Shown piece after piece: positions 37,058 through 46,533 of a DNA stretch of 64,000 nucleotides (position 1 is its first letter; each line of letters opens with the position of its first letter). The notes under the pieces were generated by a model. That model did no database searches, was not told the DNA's origin, and was given only the letters and a program-made list of their open reading frames with translations. The position numbers and the translations under genes were made by a program. The DNA is from Bacteroidota bacterium (GTDB taxonomy: Bacteria; Bacteroidota; Bacteroidia; Bacteroidales; FEN-979). The stretch lies in assembly GCA_026391355.1 (NCBI GenBank), contig JAPLDH010000078.1, forward strand, positions 6,358 to 70,357, given 5' to 3'.

Positions 37058-38089
37058 ATGGAGTTTTCTGCAGCTAAGATTGCTGAAATCCTGAACGGGA
37101 AGGTTGAAGGAGATCCCAATGTAACTGTTTCGAACTTAGCCAAAATTGAAGAAGGGTTGCCAGGCACGATGACTTTCCTGGCAAATCCCGTCTACACTCA
37201 CTTTATATATACCACAAAAGCATCTGTTATTCTGGTCAACCAGGATTTTATCCCAAACCAGCCTGTGTCTGGAACACTTATCAGGGTCGAAAACGCTTAC
37301 ACAGCTTTTGCCAGTATCCTGGATATCTTTACACGAAGGACATCAGAAAAAAGCGGTGTATCATTGCTTGCAGCCGTTTCGAAAACTGCAAAAGTGGGAG
37401 AGGATGTCTATATCGGTGAATTTGTTTGTATCGGGAAAAATACTGTAATCGGGAAAAATGTCAGGCTGTATGCCAATTGTTATATCGGTGACAACGTGTC
37501 AATCGGCGAGGAAACTACCTTACATCCCGGAGTAAAGATTTACAAAGATACCGTGATTGGGAAAAATTGCACACTCCATGCCGGTGTTGTCATTGGTGCT
37601 GACGGATTCGGTTTTGCCCCCCAATCGGAAAATGAATATAAGAAAATTCTCCAGGTTGGTAATGTAGTGATTGAAGATAATGTTGAAATTGGCTCCAACA
37701 CGACCATTGACAGGGCTACACTGGGATCGACCCGGATATGCAAAGGAGTAAAACTTGACAACCTGATTCAGGTAGGCCATGGTGTTGAAATTGGCGAAAA
37801 CACTGTTATTGCAGCACAAACGGGTATCGCTGGATCGACCAGGATAGGAAAGAATTGCCTCGTTGGAGGTCAGGTTGGTTTTGCCGGGCATCTTGTCATT
37901 GGAGATAATGTAAAAATCGGGGCGCAATCAGGGATCGAACACAACGTTAAAGATGGCGAAACATTTTTTGGGAGCCCTGCACTCGAGATTAGCAAAGCCC
38001 GCCGGCTCTATGTATATTTTCGGAATTTTGATCAGATTATTAAAAGGATATACCAAATTGAGAAGTTGATCAACAAAAAAAATGGCTGA
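37058..38089 (+). CDS. lpxD: UDP-3-O-acylglucosamine N-acyltransferase
   Basis: LpxD N-terminal region followed by hexapeptide repeats. IEDNVEIGSNTTIDRATLGST.I..GVKLDNLIQVGHGV. Confidence 0.9.
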   Translation: MEFSAAKIAEILNGKVEGDPNVTVSNLAKIEEGLPGTMTFLANPVYTHFIYTTKASVILVNQDFIPNQPVSGTLIRVENAYTAFASILDIFTRRTSEKSGVSLLAAVSKTAKVGEDVYIGEFVCIGKNTVIGKNVRLYANCYIGDNVSIGEETTLHPGVKIYKDTVIGKNCTLHAGVVIGADGFGFAPQSENEYKKILQVGNVVIEDNVEIGSNTTIDRATLGSTRICKGVKLDNLIQVGHGVEIGENTVIAAQTGIAGSTRIGKNCLVGGQVGFAGHLVIGDNVKIGAQSGIEHNVKDGETFFGSPALEISKARRLYVYFRNFDQIIKRIYQIEKLINKKNG

Positions 38090-39473
38090 AAAACAAAAAA
38101 CCATAAAATCTCCTGTAAGTGTCGCTGGAACAGGTTTGCATACCGGAAATGAAGTTATCCTTTCTTTTCTTCCTGCACCTGAGAATCATGGATATAAATT
38201 CCGGAGGACGGATTTGAACCCTGATGTCCTTGTCCCTGCAGATGTAGATCATGTTATTGACACTTCACGGGGAACAAGCATTGAATTCCAGGGGGTAAGG
38301 ATCGACACCATTGAGCACGTTCTTGCCGCATTGGCTGGTCTCGAAATCGATAATGTACTGGTCGAGATGAATCAATCGGAAACCCCTATTCTTGATGGCA
38401 GTTCCAGAATCTTTGTTGAGAAACTACTGGAAGCCGGATTGGTTGAACAAAATGCGGATCGTGTTTTTTTCGAACTCAAATCCAATGTCACTTATACAAA
38501 TGCTGAAAAGAAAATTGAACTTATAGCAATTCCTTCAAATGATTTCAGGGTTTCTGTAATGATTGACTTCGATGTCCGTGTCCTTCCTCCCCAAAGCGCT
38601 GTTCTGAACAAAATAAGCAGTTTTAAGGATGAAATTGCTCCCTGCAGAACCTTTGTTTTTCTTCATGAACTGGAATATCTTCTGAATAATAATCTGATCA
38701 AAGGTGGAGATGTTAATAATGCCATCATTTTTGTGAATCGGGCTGTAACACAGAAGGAACTTGACCATCTTACCGGCTTATTCAATAAACCAAGGGTCGA
38801 GGTTAGGAATGAAGGAATACTCAATAATCTTGAACTTAAATTTTCGAATGAACCTGCCAGGCATAAATTGCTGGATGTGATCGGGGATTTAGCCCTTATC
38901 GGAATGCCAATCAAAGCACAGATTATTGCTACCCGTCCAGGACATTATTCCAACGTACAATTTGCCAAGCAGATCAAAAAATTGATCAAACATAAAAGTA
39001 CCAAGGAAGAAATCCCTGTGTTCGATCTCAACAAGCCTCCGGTCTATGATATTATGCAGATCCAGAAATTACTTCCGCATCGTCCACCATTCCTGCTGAT
39101 CGACCGGATTCTTGAAATGAGTGACAAGCATGTTGTTGGGCTGAAAAATGTCACAATGAACGAAGCCTTTTTTGTGGGTCATTTTCCGAATGAACCAATC
39201 ATGCCTGGAGTGTTACAGATTGAAGCAATGGCTCAGACGGGAGGTATTTTTGCTCTTAGTCAGGTACCTGACCCGCACAATTATTTTACCTATTTTTTAA
39301 AGGTTGAAAATGTCAGGTTCAGACATAAAGTAGTACCTGGTGATACCCTGATCTTTGTGAATGAATTGATCGGTTCGATTCGCAGGGGATTGATTCATAT
39401 GCATGGCACCGTGTATGTTGGACAAAAAATTGTTACGGAAGGAGACCTTCTTGCCCAAGTTCAGAAAAAATAA
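38082..39473 (+). CDS. lpxC/fabZ: Bifunctional UDP-3-O-acyl-GlcNAc deacetylase / 3-hydroxyacyl-ACP dehydratase
   Basis: LpxC half (GTGLHTG, IEHVLAAL, HKLLD.IGDL) fused to a FabZ half (LPHRPPFLLIDRI, GHFP..PIMPGVLQIEAMAQ). Confidence 0.95.
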   Translation: MAEKQKTIKSPVSVAGTGLHTGNEVILSFLPAPENHGYKFRRTDLNPDVLVPADVDHVIDTSRGTSIEFQGVRIDTIEHVLAALAGLEIDNVLVEMNQSETPILDGSSRIFVEKLLEAGLVEQNADRVFFELKSNVTYTNAEKKIELIAIPSNDFRVSVMIDFDVRVLPPQSAVLNKISSFKDEIAPCRTFVFLHELEYLLNNNLIKGGDVNNAIIFVNRAVTQKELDHLTGLFNKPRVEVRNEGILNNLELKFSNEPARHKLLDVIGDLALIGMPIKAQIIATRPGHYSNVQFAKQIKKLIKHKSTKEEIPVFDLNKPPVYDIMQIQKLLPHRPPFLLIDRILEMSDKHVVGLKNVTMNEAFFVGHFPNEPIMPGVLQIEAMAQTGGIFALSQVPDPHNYFTYFLKVENVRFRHKVVPGDTLIFVNELIGSIRRGLIHMHGTVYVGQKIVTEGDLLAQVQKK

Positions 39474-39479
39474 CACACT

Positions 39480-40271
39480 ATGAACCAACCACTGGCTTAT
39501 GTTAGCCCGCAGGCAAAAGTTGCCACAAATGTTGTTATTGAACCTTTTGTCAGTATCGATAAAAATGTAGTTATTGAAGAAGGAACATGGATTGGATCAA
39601 ATGTTACAATTCTTGAAGGTGCACGTATCGGAAAAAATTGCAGAATTTTCCCCGGCGCTGTGATATCGGCAATTCCCCAGGATATGAAATATGCAGGTGA
39701 GGATACTATTGTTAAAATCGGAAATAATGTAACGGTTCGGGAATTTGTGACCATTAACAAGGGAACCAAAGTCAACTATGAAACCGTTGTAGGAGATAAT
39801 ACTTTATTAATGGCGTATGTTCATGTTGCTCATGACTGTATTATTGGCAACAATGTAATTTTAGCTAATGCTGTTACACTTGGCGGACATGTTGTTATTG
39901 ACGACTGGACCATCTTAGGAGGGATGGTCGGAGTACATCAGTTTGTTCATATTGGTTCTAATAGCATGATAGCCGATGGCTGTATTGTGAGAAAAGATGT
40001 ACCCCCTTATACAAAGTCAGCCCGTCAACCCCTTTCCTATGTTGGTATAAACTCCATCGGGCTTCGTCGCAGGGGGTTCAGCATGGAAGTTATCAACCAG
40101 ATACAGGAAATTTACAGGATCATCTATCTGAAAGGGTATAATGTTTCCCAGGCATTAAAGATCATTGAGGCTGAAGTGGATGCCCTGGCTGAACGGGATG
40201 AGATACTTTCCTTCATCTCCAATTCTCCCCTGGGGATCATGAAGGGATATTCCAAACTGACTGCAAAATAA
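39480..40271 (+). CDS. lpxA: Acyl-ACP--UDP-GlcNAc O-acyltransferase, copy 1
   Basis: Hexapeptide repeats, AHDCIIGN, GGMVGVHQF, SIGLRRRGFS. Confidence 0.9.
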   Translation: MNQPLAYVSPQAKVATNVVIEPFVSIDKNVVIEEGTWIGSNVTILEGARIGKNCRIFPGAVISAIPQDMKYAGEDTIVKIGNNVTVREFVTINKGTKVNYETVVGDNTLLMAYVHVAHDCIIGNNVILANAVTLGGHVVIDDWTILGGMVGVHQFVHIGSNSMIADGCIVRKDVPPYTKSARQPLSYVGINSIGLRRRGFSMEVINQIQEIYRIIYLKGYNVSQALKIIEAEVDALAERDEILSFISNSPLGIMKGYSKLTAK

Positions 40272-40387
40272 ACGATTTAAATTAAGCAATGGAAAATACT
40301 ATATTCAAGAGATTACATGTGTGAGAAACAAAATTTTGATGGATGCTGACCTGATACCAAAAATTCTAAAAAAATAAAAACTTTTAT

Positions 40388-41200
40388 ATGAATCAACCAC
40401 TGGCTTACGTAAACCCGCAGGCAAAAGTTGCAACAAATGTCGTAATTGAGCCTTTTGTCTCTATCGATAAAAATGTTGTCATCGAGGAAGGTACCTGGAT
40501 CGGCTCCAATGTTACCATCCTTGAAGGCGCCAGAATCGGGAAAAACTGCAGGATCTTCCCGGGCGCTGTTATATCAGCCATCCCTCAGGACATGAAATTT
40601 GCCGGTGAAGATACCATTGTTAAGATAGGAAATAATGTAACCATCCGTGAATTTGTCACCATAAACCGGGGTACCAAAGCCAGCTATGAAACGGTGATCG
40701 GTGACAACACCCTGCTGATGGCCTATGTTCATGTTGCTCATGATTGTATTATCGGAAATAATGTTGTGATGGCAAATGCTGCCATGCTTTCCGGCCATAT
40801 CGTTATCGATGACTGGGCCATTATCGGTGGCATGGTCCCCATTCACCAGTTTTGCCATATCGGGGCTCATTCCATAATTCAAGGCGGGGCCCTTGTCAGC
40901 AAGGATGTTCCCCCTTACACCAAAGCAGGCAGATTACCTCTTTCTTATGTCGGTGTAAATTCGATCGGGTTGCGCAGGAGGGGATTCACTCCGGAAGTGA
41001 TAACCAAAATACAGGAAATTTACAGGATAATCTTTGTGAAAGGATACAATGTTGCACAAGCTGTCGAGATTATTGAAGCCAAGGTGGAACCGACTCCGGA
41101 AAGAGATGAAATCCTTTCCTTTATTGCGAATTCCAGCAGGGGGATCATGAAAGGATATTCCAGACAGCGAAATAAAAACCTCTTTTCCGACACAGTTTGA
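40388..41200 (+). CDS. lpxA: Acyl-ACP--UDP-GlcNAc O-acyltransferase, copy 2 (tandem paralogue)
   Basis: Same motifs as copy 1. The first 70 residues differ at one position, although many codons differ synonymously. Confidence 0.9.
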   Translation: MNQPLAYVNPQAKVATNVVIEPFVSIDKNVVIEEGTWIGSNVTILEGARIGKNCRIFPGAVISAIPQDMKFAGEDTIVKIGNNVTIREFVTINRGTKASYETVIGDNTLLMAYVHVAHDCIIGNNVVMANAAMLSGHIVIDDWAIIGGMVPIHQFCHIGAHSIIQGGALVSKDVPPYTKAGRLPLSYVGVNSIGLRRRGFTPEVITKIQEIYRIIFVKGYNVAQAVEIIEAKVEPTPERDEILSFIANSSRGIMKGYSRQRNKNLFSDTV

Positions 41201-41252
41201 TGCAATACCCAGTAATTTTTTTCATTCACCTGTCATCAAAATTCTTCCCCAA

Positions 41253-41879
41253 TTGCAGATCCTCCTTGAGAAAACCGGAAAAAAATTCAATACGGAATGG
41301 ATTTTCAGGGATCTTTCTTTTTCTTTTGAGAAAAATAATGCCTGCGCAATTCTTGGACGTAACGGTTCAGGGAAATCAACCCTGCTACAGGTCATTGCCG
41401 GTAACATTCAACCTACATCAGGTCACGTAAAATACCTCGAAGATGATAAAGAGATCAGCAGTCAACAGATCTTCCGGTATCTTACACTCGTTGCGCCTTA
41501 CCAGGAACTGATTGAAGAGTTCACCCTTGCGGAAATGCTGAATTTCCACTTCTCCTTCAAACCTTTAATGCCCGGGTTCACGTTAAATGACGTCAATCAG
41601 TTACTCGGATTCAGGAATACCGGCGACAAACCAATCAGGCTCTTTTCTTCCGGCATGAAACAAAGGGTGAAACTTGTCCTTGCCATACTCAGCAATACCC
41701 CGGTTTTACTGCTTGACGAACCCACCATTAACCTCGACCAGGCCGGTATTGAATGGTATCTGGATCTTATGGCTAAGTTTTCCAATGAGCGGATCGTAAT
41801 TGTTTGTTCCAACCTGAGACAACAGGAAACTGCATTTTGCTCTGCCTCGCTTTCTATAGAAGATTACGAAAGAAAATGA
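41253..41879 (+). CDS. ABC transporter ATP-binding protein (stand-alone)
   Basis: Walker A GRNGSGKSTLLQ, signature FSSGMKQR, Walker B LLLDEP. TTG start. Confidence 0.8.
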   Translation: MQILLEKTGKKFNTEWIFRDLSFSFEKNNACAILGRNGSGKSTLLQVIAGNIQPTSGHVKYLEDDKEISSQQIFRYLTLVAPYQELIEEFTLAEMLNFHFSFKPLMPGFTLNDVNQLLGFRNTGDKPIRLFSSGMKQRVKLVLAILSNTPVLLLDEPTINLDQAGIEWYLDLMAKFSNERIVIVCSNLRQQETAFCSASLSIEDYERK

Positions 41880-41961
41880 CAAGAATAACGAATTCGGGAA
41901 TGACGAATACCTTTTTCTGATTCTGTATTCCCATATTCGTCATCCGTCATTCGCATATTCG

Positions 41962-44900
41962 TCAATCCCGCATACATCTGACCGAAAAGGCATTATTTCG
42001 GAATGCCGGATAAAGCGATACAGAGGCATCCGTGTCATTCAATCCATGACTCCAGGCCTTGTCAATCCCATGTGAAGTCGATGACCAGAAGAATGTTGCA
42101 AACCCGTTCCAATCCCATGTTTTATTCTGATGTCGGGTCGCTGACAGTGTCGCATTGAATCCTGAATACCCGGTAAAAAGCATCGGCCATGCTGCAAATG
42201 CATTGCTTACAAAACTACCAAATAGTAAATTCCAGTCTGCTTCTGAAGGCACATGCCATCCCGGTGGGCAGAGGCCCTGGGTGCTCAAGGTTTCATCGTA
42301 AGCCATGAGTTCATCCCATTGGTAGTAAACAGTTCCCAGTTGGCAGTTCCCAGTTATATCATTCAGGCAGTATTTTTCATTGATGCAATTGTCTCTTTGG
42401 CTTATGTTTCCGGGGATCATCGTTCCGTAATTCAGGTTTGACGCTAACCAGCATTGGGTCCCAATTGACACCGTCGGATATATCTTCCCATCCCGAACAT
42501 CGGTTAAATTACTCCCACACACTCCTAATGACCAATTACTAATGACCAATGACCTGCTGGCAGATGCCGTACAAAGTGCAACATTCGTATAGGTATAGGT
42601 GATAGTCTTCGTTCCGGCTCCTGCAATTGCAGGATAAAATATACCGTTGATGACACCCGGGCCTGAATAGGTTCCACCCAGGGGAATTCCACCTTTCAAC
42701 CGGAAGGGTTGTGCAATGGTTGTTGTAACAGAATCGTTGCACCTGGTCAGGGTGACAACGGGCGAGGCCGCAACTCCCATCGTAATTGTGTTGCTGATGG
42801 CGGGATTTCCGCTTGTACAACTAAGGTTTGAGGTTAGCGTACAGGTGATCAGATCGCCGTTTACTGGAACATACTGATAACTGGTACTGTTGGTCCCGAC
42901 ATTAATTCCGTTGACTTTCCATAGGTAAACCGGGGTTGTTCCTCCATTTGTCGGCACGGCTGTGTATGTCACCGAGATCCCTGAACAGACCGGGTTATTG
43001 GAAGCTGAGATCAGAACACTTACCGGCATATTTGCGTTAACCGTCATGGTAATCGTGTTGGATATTGCAGGGTTACCGGTCGGGCAGGTCGCATTTGAAG
43101 TAAGAACACAGGAAACCTGGTCGCCATTGAGTGGAGTATAAGAATAGGTAAGGCTGCTTGTTCCAACTCCTAACCCGTTCACCTTCCACTGGTATTGAGG
43201 CAGAGTGCCCTGATTGGTTGGAGAAACCGTGAATGTGACCTGGGTGCCTGCACAAACTGTTAATGGAGTGGTGATGGTGATGCTGACAGGAAGGTTCTGA
43301 TTGACAGTCATGCAGATTGAATTGGAAGTTGCCGGGTTTCCGCTGGCACAAACAAGGTTTGAAGTCAGGATACAACTGATGCAATCGCCATTTACAGGTA
43401 TATAGTTAAACTGAGAGTTATTTGCACCTGAATTAACCCCATTCACTTTCCATTGATAACCAGGCGTTGTTCCCCCATTCGTCGGGTTGGCGGTAAAGAT
43501 CACAGATATCCCGCTGCAAACAGTAGTGACAGGTGTTGTAATAACTATACTCACCGGGTTTACCGTATTCTCAATCATTGTGATCGTATTCGAAGTGGCC
43601 GGGTTATCAGCCGGGCAGGCAATATTTGAGTTCATTACACAGGTCACGAGATCACCATTCGCTGGTACATATGAATAAATTGGATTATTCGTTCCAACCC
43701 CAACCCCGTTTACTTTCCAAGAATATGAAGGTGTGGTTCCTCCATTCGTTGGGGTTGCGGTGAAGTTTACCATGGATCCTTGACAGAAAGGATTATCCGG
43801 AGTATTGATCGAGACACTCACAGGATTCAATGGATTTACAACCATTGAAATGGCATTAGATGTTGCCGGGTTGTTTGATATGCAAACCGTATTTGAAGAA
43901 GTGAGAATACATGAAACAATATCCCCATTGGCAGGAACATATGTCATTATTGATGCGTCCGGGTAAATGCCTCCACCATTCACTTTCCAAAGATAGGACG
44001 GTGAAGATCCTCCATTGGTGGGGATGGTTGAGAAAGTTACCTGGGCGCCCTGACAAACAGAGTTTGATTGCGTCGAAATGGTCACCTTGACGGAATCTCC
44101 CGGATTGACAGTAACAGGAAAATCAACTGCCAATCCCTGGCAACTGCCTGCCTTGGGAACGACATGGTAGGTAACAATCCCCGGTATTGTGATGGGGTTT
44201 AACAGAAACTGGTTGATGATAAGCCCTGAATCGGGACCGAAGCCGGTAACATTTCCTGACGTCAGGGAGGCCGTCCAGTAAAAGTTCGTTCCCGGAACAT
44301 TGGCTGTAAGCTGAATATTCGTTGATTGCCCAGTACAAATGATCTTGTTTAAAGGATTATTGGTGATCACCGGAGGATTCGTGAAACCAACATTAACTGT
44401 GTCCATACCCACGCACATGACATTTGTCACGATTACCGAATAGTTGCCGGCCTCCCCTGTTTTATAGGTCTGTCCGTTTCCGATATGCAACTGGTTCGTG
44501 GTAAGATTATTCCAGTCAAACGTACACCACTGGCACAATCCGGCATCGAGGGTTACGGAATCCCCTGTGCAAAGCAACTTATCTGTTCCAAGGTTGGGTG
44601 TTGGCACTGCCCAGATAGTCACGTTTCGCCAGGCTGTGTCCATTCGTTTATCGTTGTGGCGAACGATCAGCATCACATTATATGTTCCCGGATTCATAAA
44701 TACATGATCTGGCGCAAGTAGATCGGAGGTATTCAGAGATCCGGATGCAGGATCGTTGAAATCCCAGTGAATACTGTCAGCCGGTGGCCAGATGGATGAA
44801 GTAAAATTGATCGTATCCCCGTTGCAACGGTCTTCATGATGAATATACACATAATACCGCTGAAGGAATTGGGGAATACTTGTATTAGCTGTATTCTGAC

Positions 44901-46023
44901 CATCCAGTGAAAGAACATTCTTCTGAAAACCGCAGGCAGTACCTCCCAGTTCCGGGAAATTAATAACATGCATTGAGTCAAGCTGATTAAATGGAAAGGA
45001 AAGACTTCTGCCATCAATATAGATCTTACCGTTGGATGCAAGTTGCAAGGGACCACAACCTGTTCCTATGAAAACCTCGCTCTGAACGAATTGAAGTGAA
45101 TCAGTTTTAGTGGCATCGTATTGGTACAATTTACCTGACCCATTCCAACTGTTTGTTACATATAAATAATGATTATCCCTCGAAAACTCAGCAAAATAAG
45201 GCGCATTCAAACCTGTCTGGCCTTCAGGATTAAACAGGAACAAATGGGTAATCTGACCCGTTTCATTATTAAAATGGCACATCTCACCATAAGATTGGTT
45301 ATACCTGAATCCTGAACCAAAGAATTTGGTACCGTCTGTCGAAATTTTTATCGTTCCCGGGTTTATAACGTGGATATATTCATAAGGCGTAAGTGGTGTA
45401 CTGCTCAATACAGGCACTGTGTCGAGGCCTGCAGTAGTTAATAAAAATGACATATAATACCAGGTACTGTTCATAAAGAACGGGTGAAATTTTGTAACAA
45501 TCCATACATCGTGGTTATTTTTATGACGTGTACCGTATAAATAGTTGTATGTGCTGTCAACAGGGACAATTATATTTTTTTTACCGGCTGGGATATCCCC
45601 TAAGCCTCCATTAAGTTTCATGTCGATAATTGAATATTGCAAGCCATAAGCTCCTCCACCGCTTCCGTCATTGCCGACTGTAAACAGGTAATAAGTGCTG
45701 TCGTTGTGGATTGAAGGGACTGCCAGTACCCCTTTTTCAGGCCAGTATATACCATGTAAACCATTTCCATTCGGCATTATATTGTTGTTTCGGTCCCAAA
45801 CCTTGCTCCCTTCTGAATAAAATAAAAGGTTTCCGACCGAATCCGAGATGCTGACCGTGCCTGCCGTGGCCATCATAGCATTATCGGCGATCTTGATCGG
45901 GAGCCCGGAATTGAAATCAAGTGTGATGTGATCCCCGAAGCACCATTTGTTCCACTCTCCTTGTGAAAAGCCCACAATAGAGAAAAATACTACAAAGACG
46001 GTAAGGATCGCTGATTTCATCAT
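41962..46023 (-). CDS. Giant secreted protein: N-terminal beta-rich region, PKD domain, five ~80-aa Ig-like repeats, C-terminal FISUMP (Fibrobacter succinogenes major paralogous) domain
   Basis: Signal peptide MMKSAILTVFVVFFSIVGFSQ. PKD-like IHWDFNDP..GTYNVMLIV. Five repeats of PTNGG..P.Y.WKVNG....Y.P.NGD...C.LTSN..C..GNPA.SN. C-terminal DVRDGKIYPTVSIGTQCWLASNLNY...GWHVPSEADW...FSVRC. Confidence 0.8.
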   Translation of the reverse strand: MMKSAILTVFVVFFSIVGFSQGEWNKWCFGDHITLDFNSGLPIKIADNAMMATAGTVSISDSVGNLLFYSEGSKVWDRNNNIMPNGNGLHGIYWPEKGVLAVPSIHNDSTYYLFTVGNDGSGGGAYGLQYSIIDMKLNGGLGDIPAGKKNIIVPVDSTYNYLYGTRHKNNHDVWIVTKFHPFFMNSTWYYMSFLLTTAGLDTVPVLSSTPLTPYEYIHVINPGTIKISTDGTKFFGSGFRYNQSYGEMCHFNNETGQITHLFLFNPEGQTGLNAPYFAEFSRDNHYLYVTNSWNGSGKLYQYDATKTDSLQFVQSEVFIGTGCGPLQLASNGKIYIDGRSLSFPFNQLDSMHVINFPELGGTACGFQKNVLSLDGQNTANTSIPQFLQRYYVYIHHEDRCNGDTINFTSSIWPPADSIHWDFNDPASGSLNTSDLLAPDHVFMNPGTYNVMLIVRHNDKRMDTAWRNVTIWAVPTPNLGTDKLLCTGDSVTLDAGLCQWCTFDWNNLTTNQLHIGNGQTYKTGEAGNYSVIVTNVMCVGMDTVNVGFTNPPVITNNPLNKIICTGQSTNIQLTANVPGTNFYWTASLTSGNVTGFGPDSGLIINQFLLNPITIPGIVTYHVVPKAGSCQGLAVDFPVTVNPGDSVKVTISTQSNSVCQGAQVTFSTIPTNGGSSPSYLWKVNGGGIYPDASIMTYVPANGDIVSCILTSSNTVCISNNPATSNAISMVVNPLNPVSVSINTPDNPFCQGSMVNFTATPTNGGTTPSYSWKVNGVGVGTNNPIYSYVPANGDLVTCVMNSNIACPADNPATSNTITMIENTVNPVSIVITTPVTTVCSGISVIFTANPTNGGTTPGYQWKVNGVNSGANNSQFNYIPVNGDCISCILTSNLVCASGNPATSNSICMTVNQNLPVSITITTPLTVCAGTQVTFTVSPTNQGTLPQYQWKVNGLGVGTSSLTYSYTPLNGDQVSCVLTSNATCPTGNPAISNTITMTVNANMPVSVLISASNNPVCSGISVTYTAVPTNGGTTPVYLWKVNGINVGTNSTSYQYVPVNGDLITCTLTSNLSCTSGNPAISNTITMGVAASPVVTLTRCNDSVTTTIAQPFRLKGGIPLGGTYSGPGVINGIFYPAIAGAGTKTITYTYTNVALCTASASRSLVISNWSLGVCGSNLTDVRDGKIYPTVSIGTQCWLASNLNYGTMIPGNISQRDNCINEKYCLNDITGNCQLGTVYYQWDELMAYDETLSTQGLCPPGWHVPSEADWNLLFGSFVSNAFAAWPMLFTGYSGFNATLSATRHQNKTWDWNGFATFFWSSTSHGIDKAWSHGLNDTDASVSLYPAFRNNAFSVRCMRD

Positions 46024-46073
46024 CAATTTCTGGTTAATTTCTAACCCTTCAAACAAAATATTGAAAGCAACTC

Positions 46074-46418
46074 TCAGTCATGCACACATCTGACACTGAA
46101 AGCATTTGATCTCAGCGATGGATAAAGTGATATACTGGGATCCGTGTCATTTAAACCATGTGCATAAGCTTTCGTTGTGCTATGGATTGTCGATGACCAG
46201 AAGAATGTTGCAAACCCGTTCCAATCCCATGTTTTATTCTGGTGTCGGGTCGCTGACAGTGTCGCATTGAATCCTGAATATCCGGTAAAAAGAAGTGGCC
46301 ATGCTGCAAATGCATTGCTTACAAAACTACCAAATAGTAAATTCCAGTCTGCTTCCGTGGGTACATGCCATCCCGGAGGGCAGAGGCCCTGGGTGCTAAG
46401 GGTTTCATCGTAAGCCAT
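46074..46418 (-). pseudogene. Detached C-terminal FISUMP-domain fragment of the upstream 1248-aa gene
   Basis: About 90% identical to the last 114 aa of the 41962 gene. The same frame stays open upstream to a TGA near 46587 and encodes ..IGSQCWLASNLEFGT... It is out of frame with the 46534-50280 ORF. Confidence 0.65.
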
Positions 46419-46533
46419 GAGTTCGTCCCACTGGTAAAAATCGTAACGCGTGACGGGTGACGCGTAACGCGAGTATTTCTCTGCGATGCAATTGTCGCGT
46501 TGGTTCTGCGTTTCGGGGATTGTGGTGCCGAAC

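Noticed and set aside
41962-46418. Diversity-generating retroelement hypothesis: two near-identical copies of a lectin-like C-terminal segment acting as VR/TR
   Set aside because: No reverse transcriptase gene is present in the window. The differences between the copies include G/A, C/T and multi-base changes with no adenine-specific pattern.
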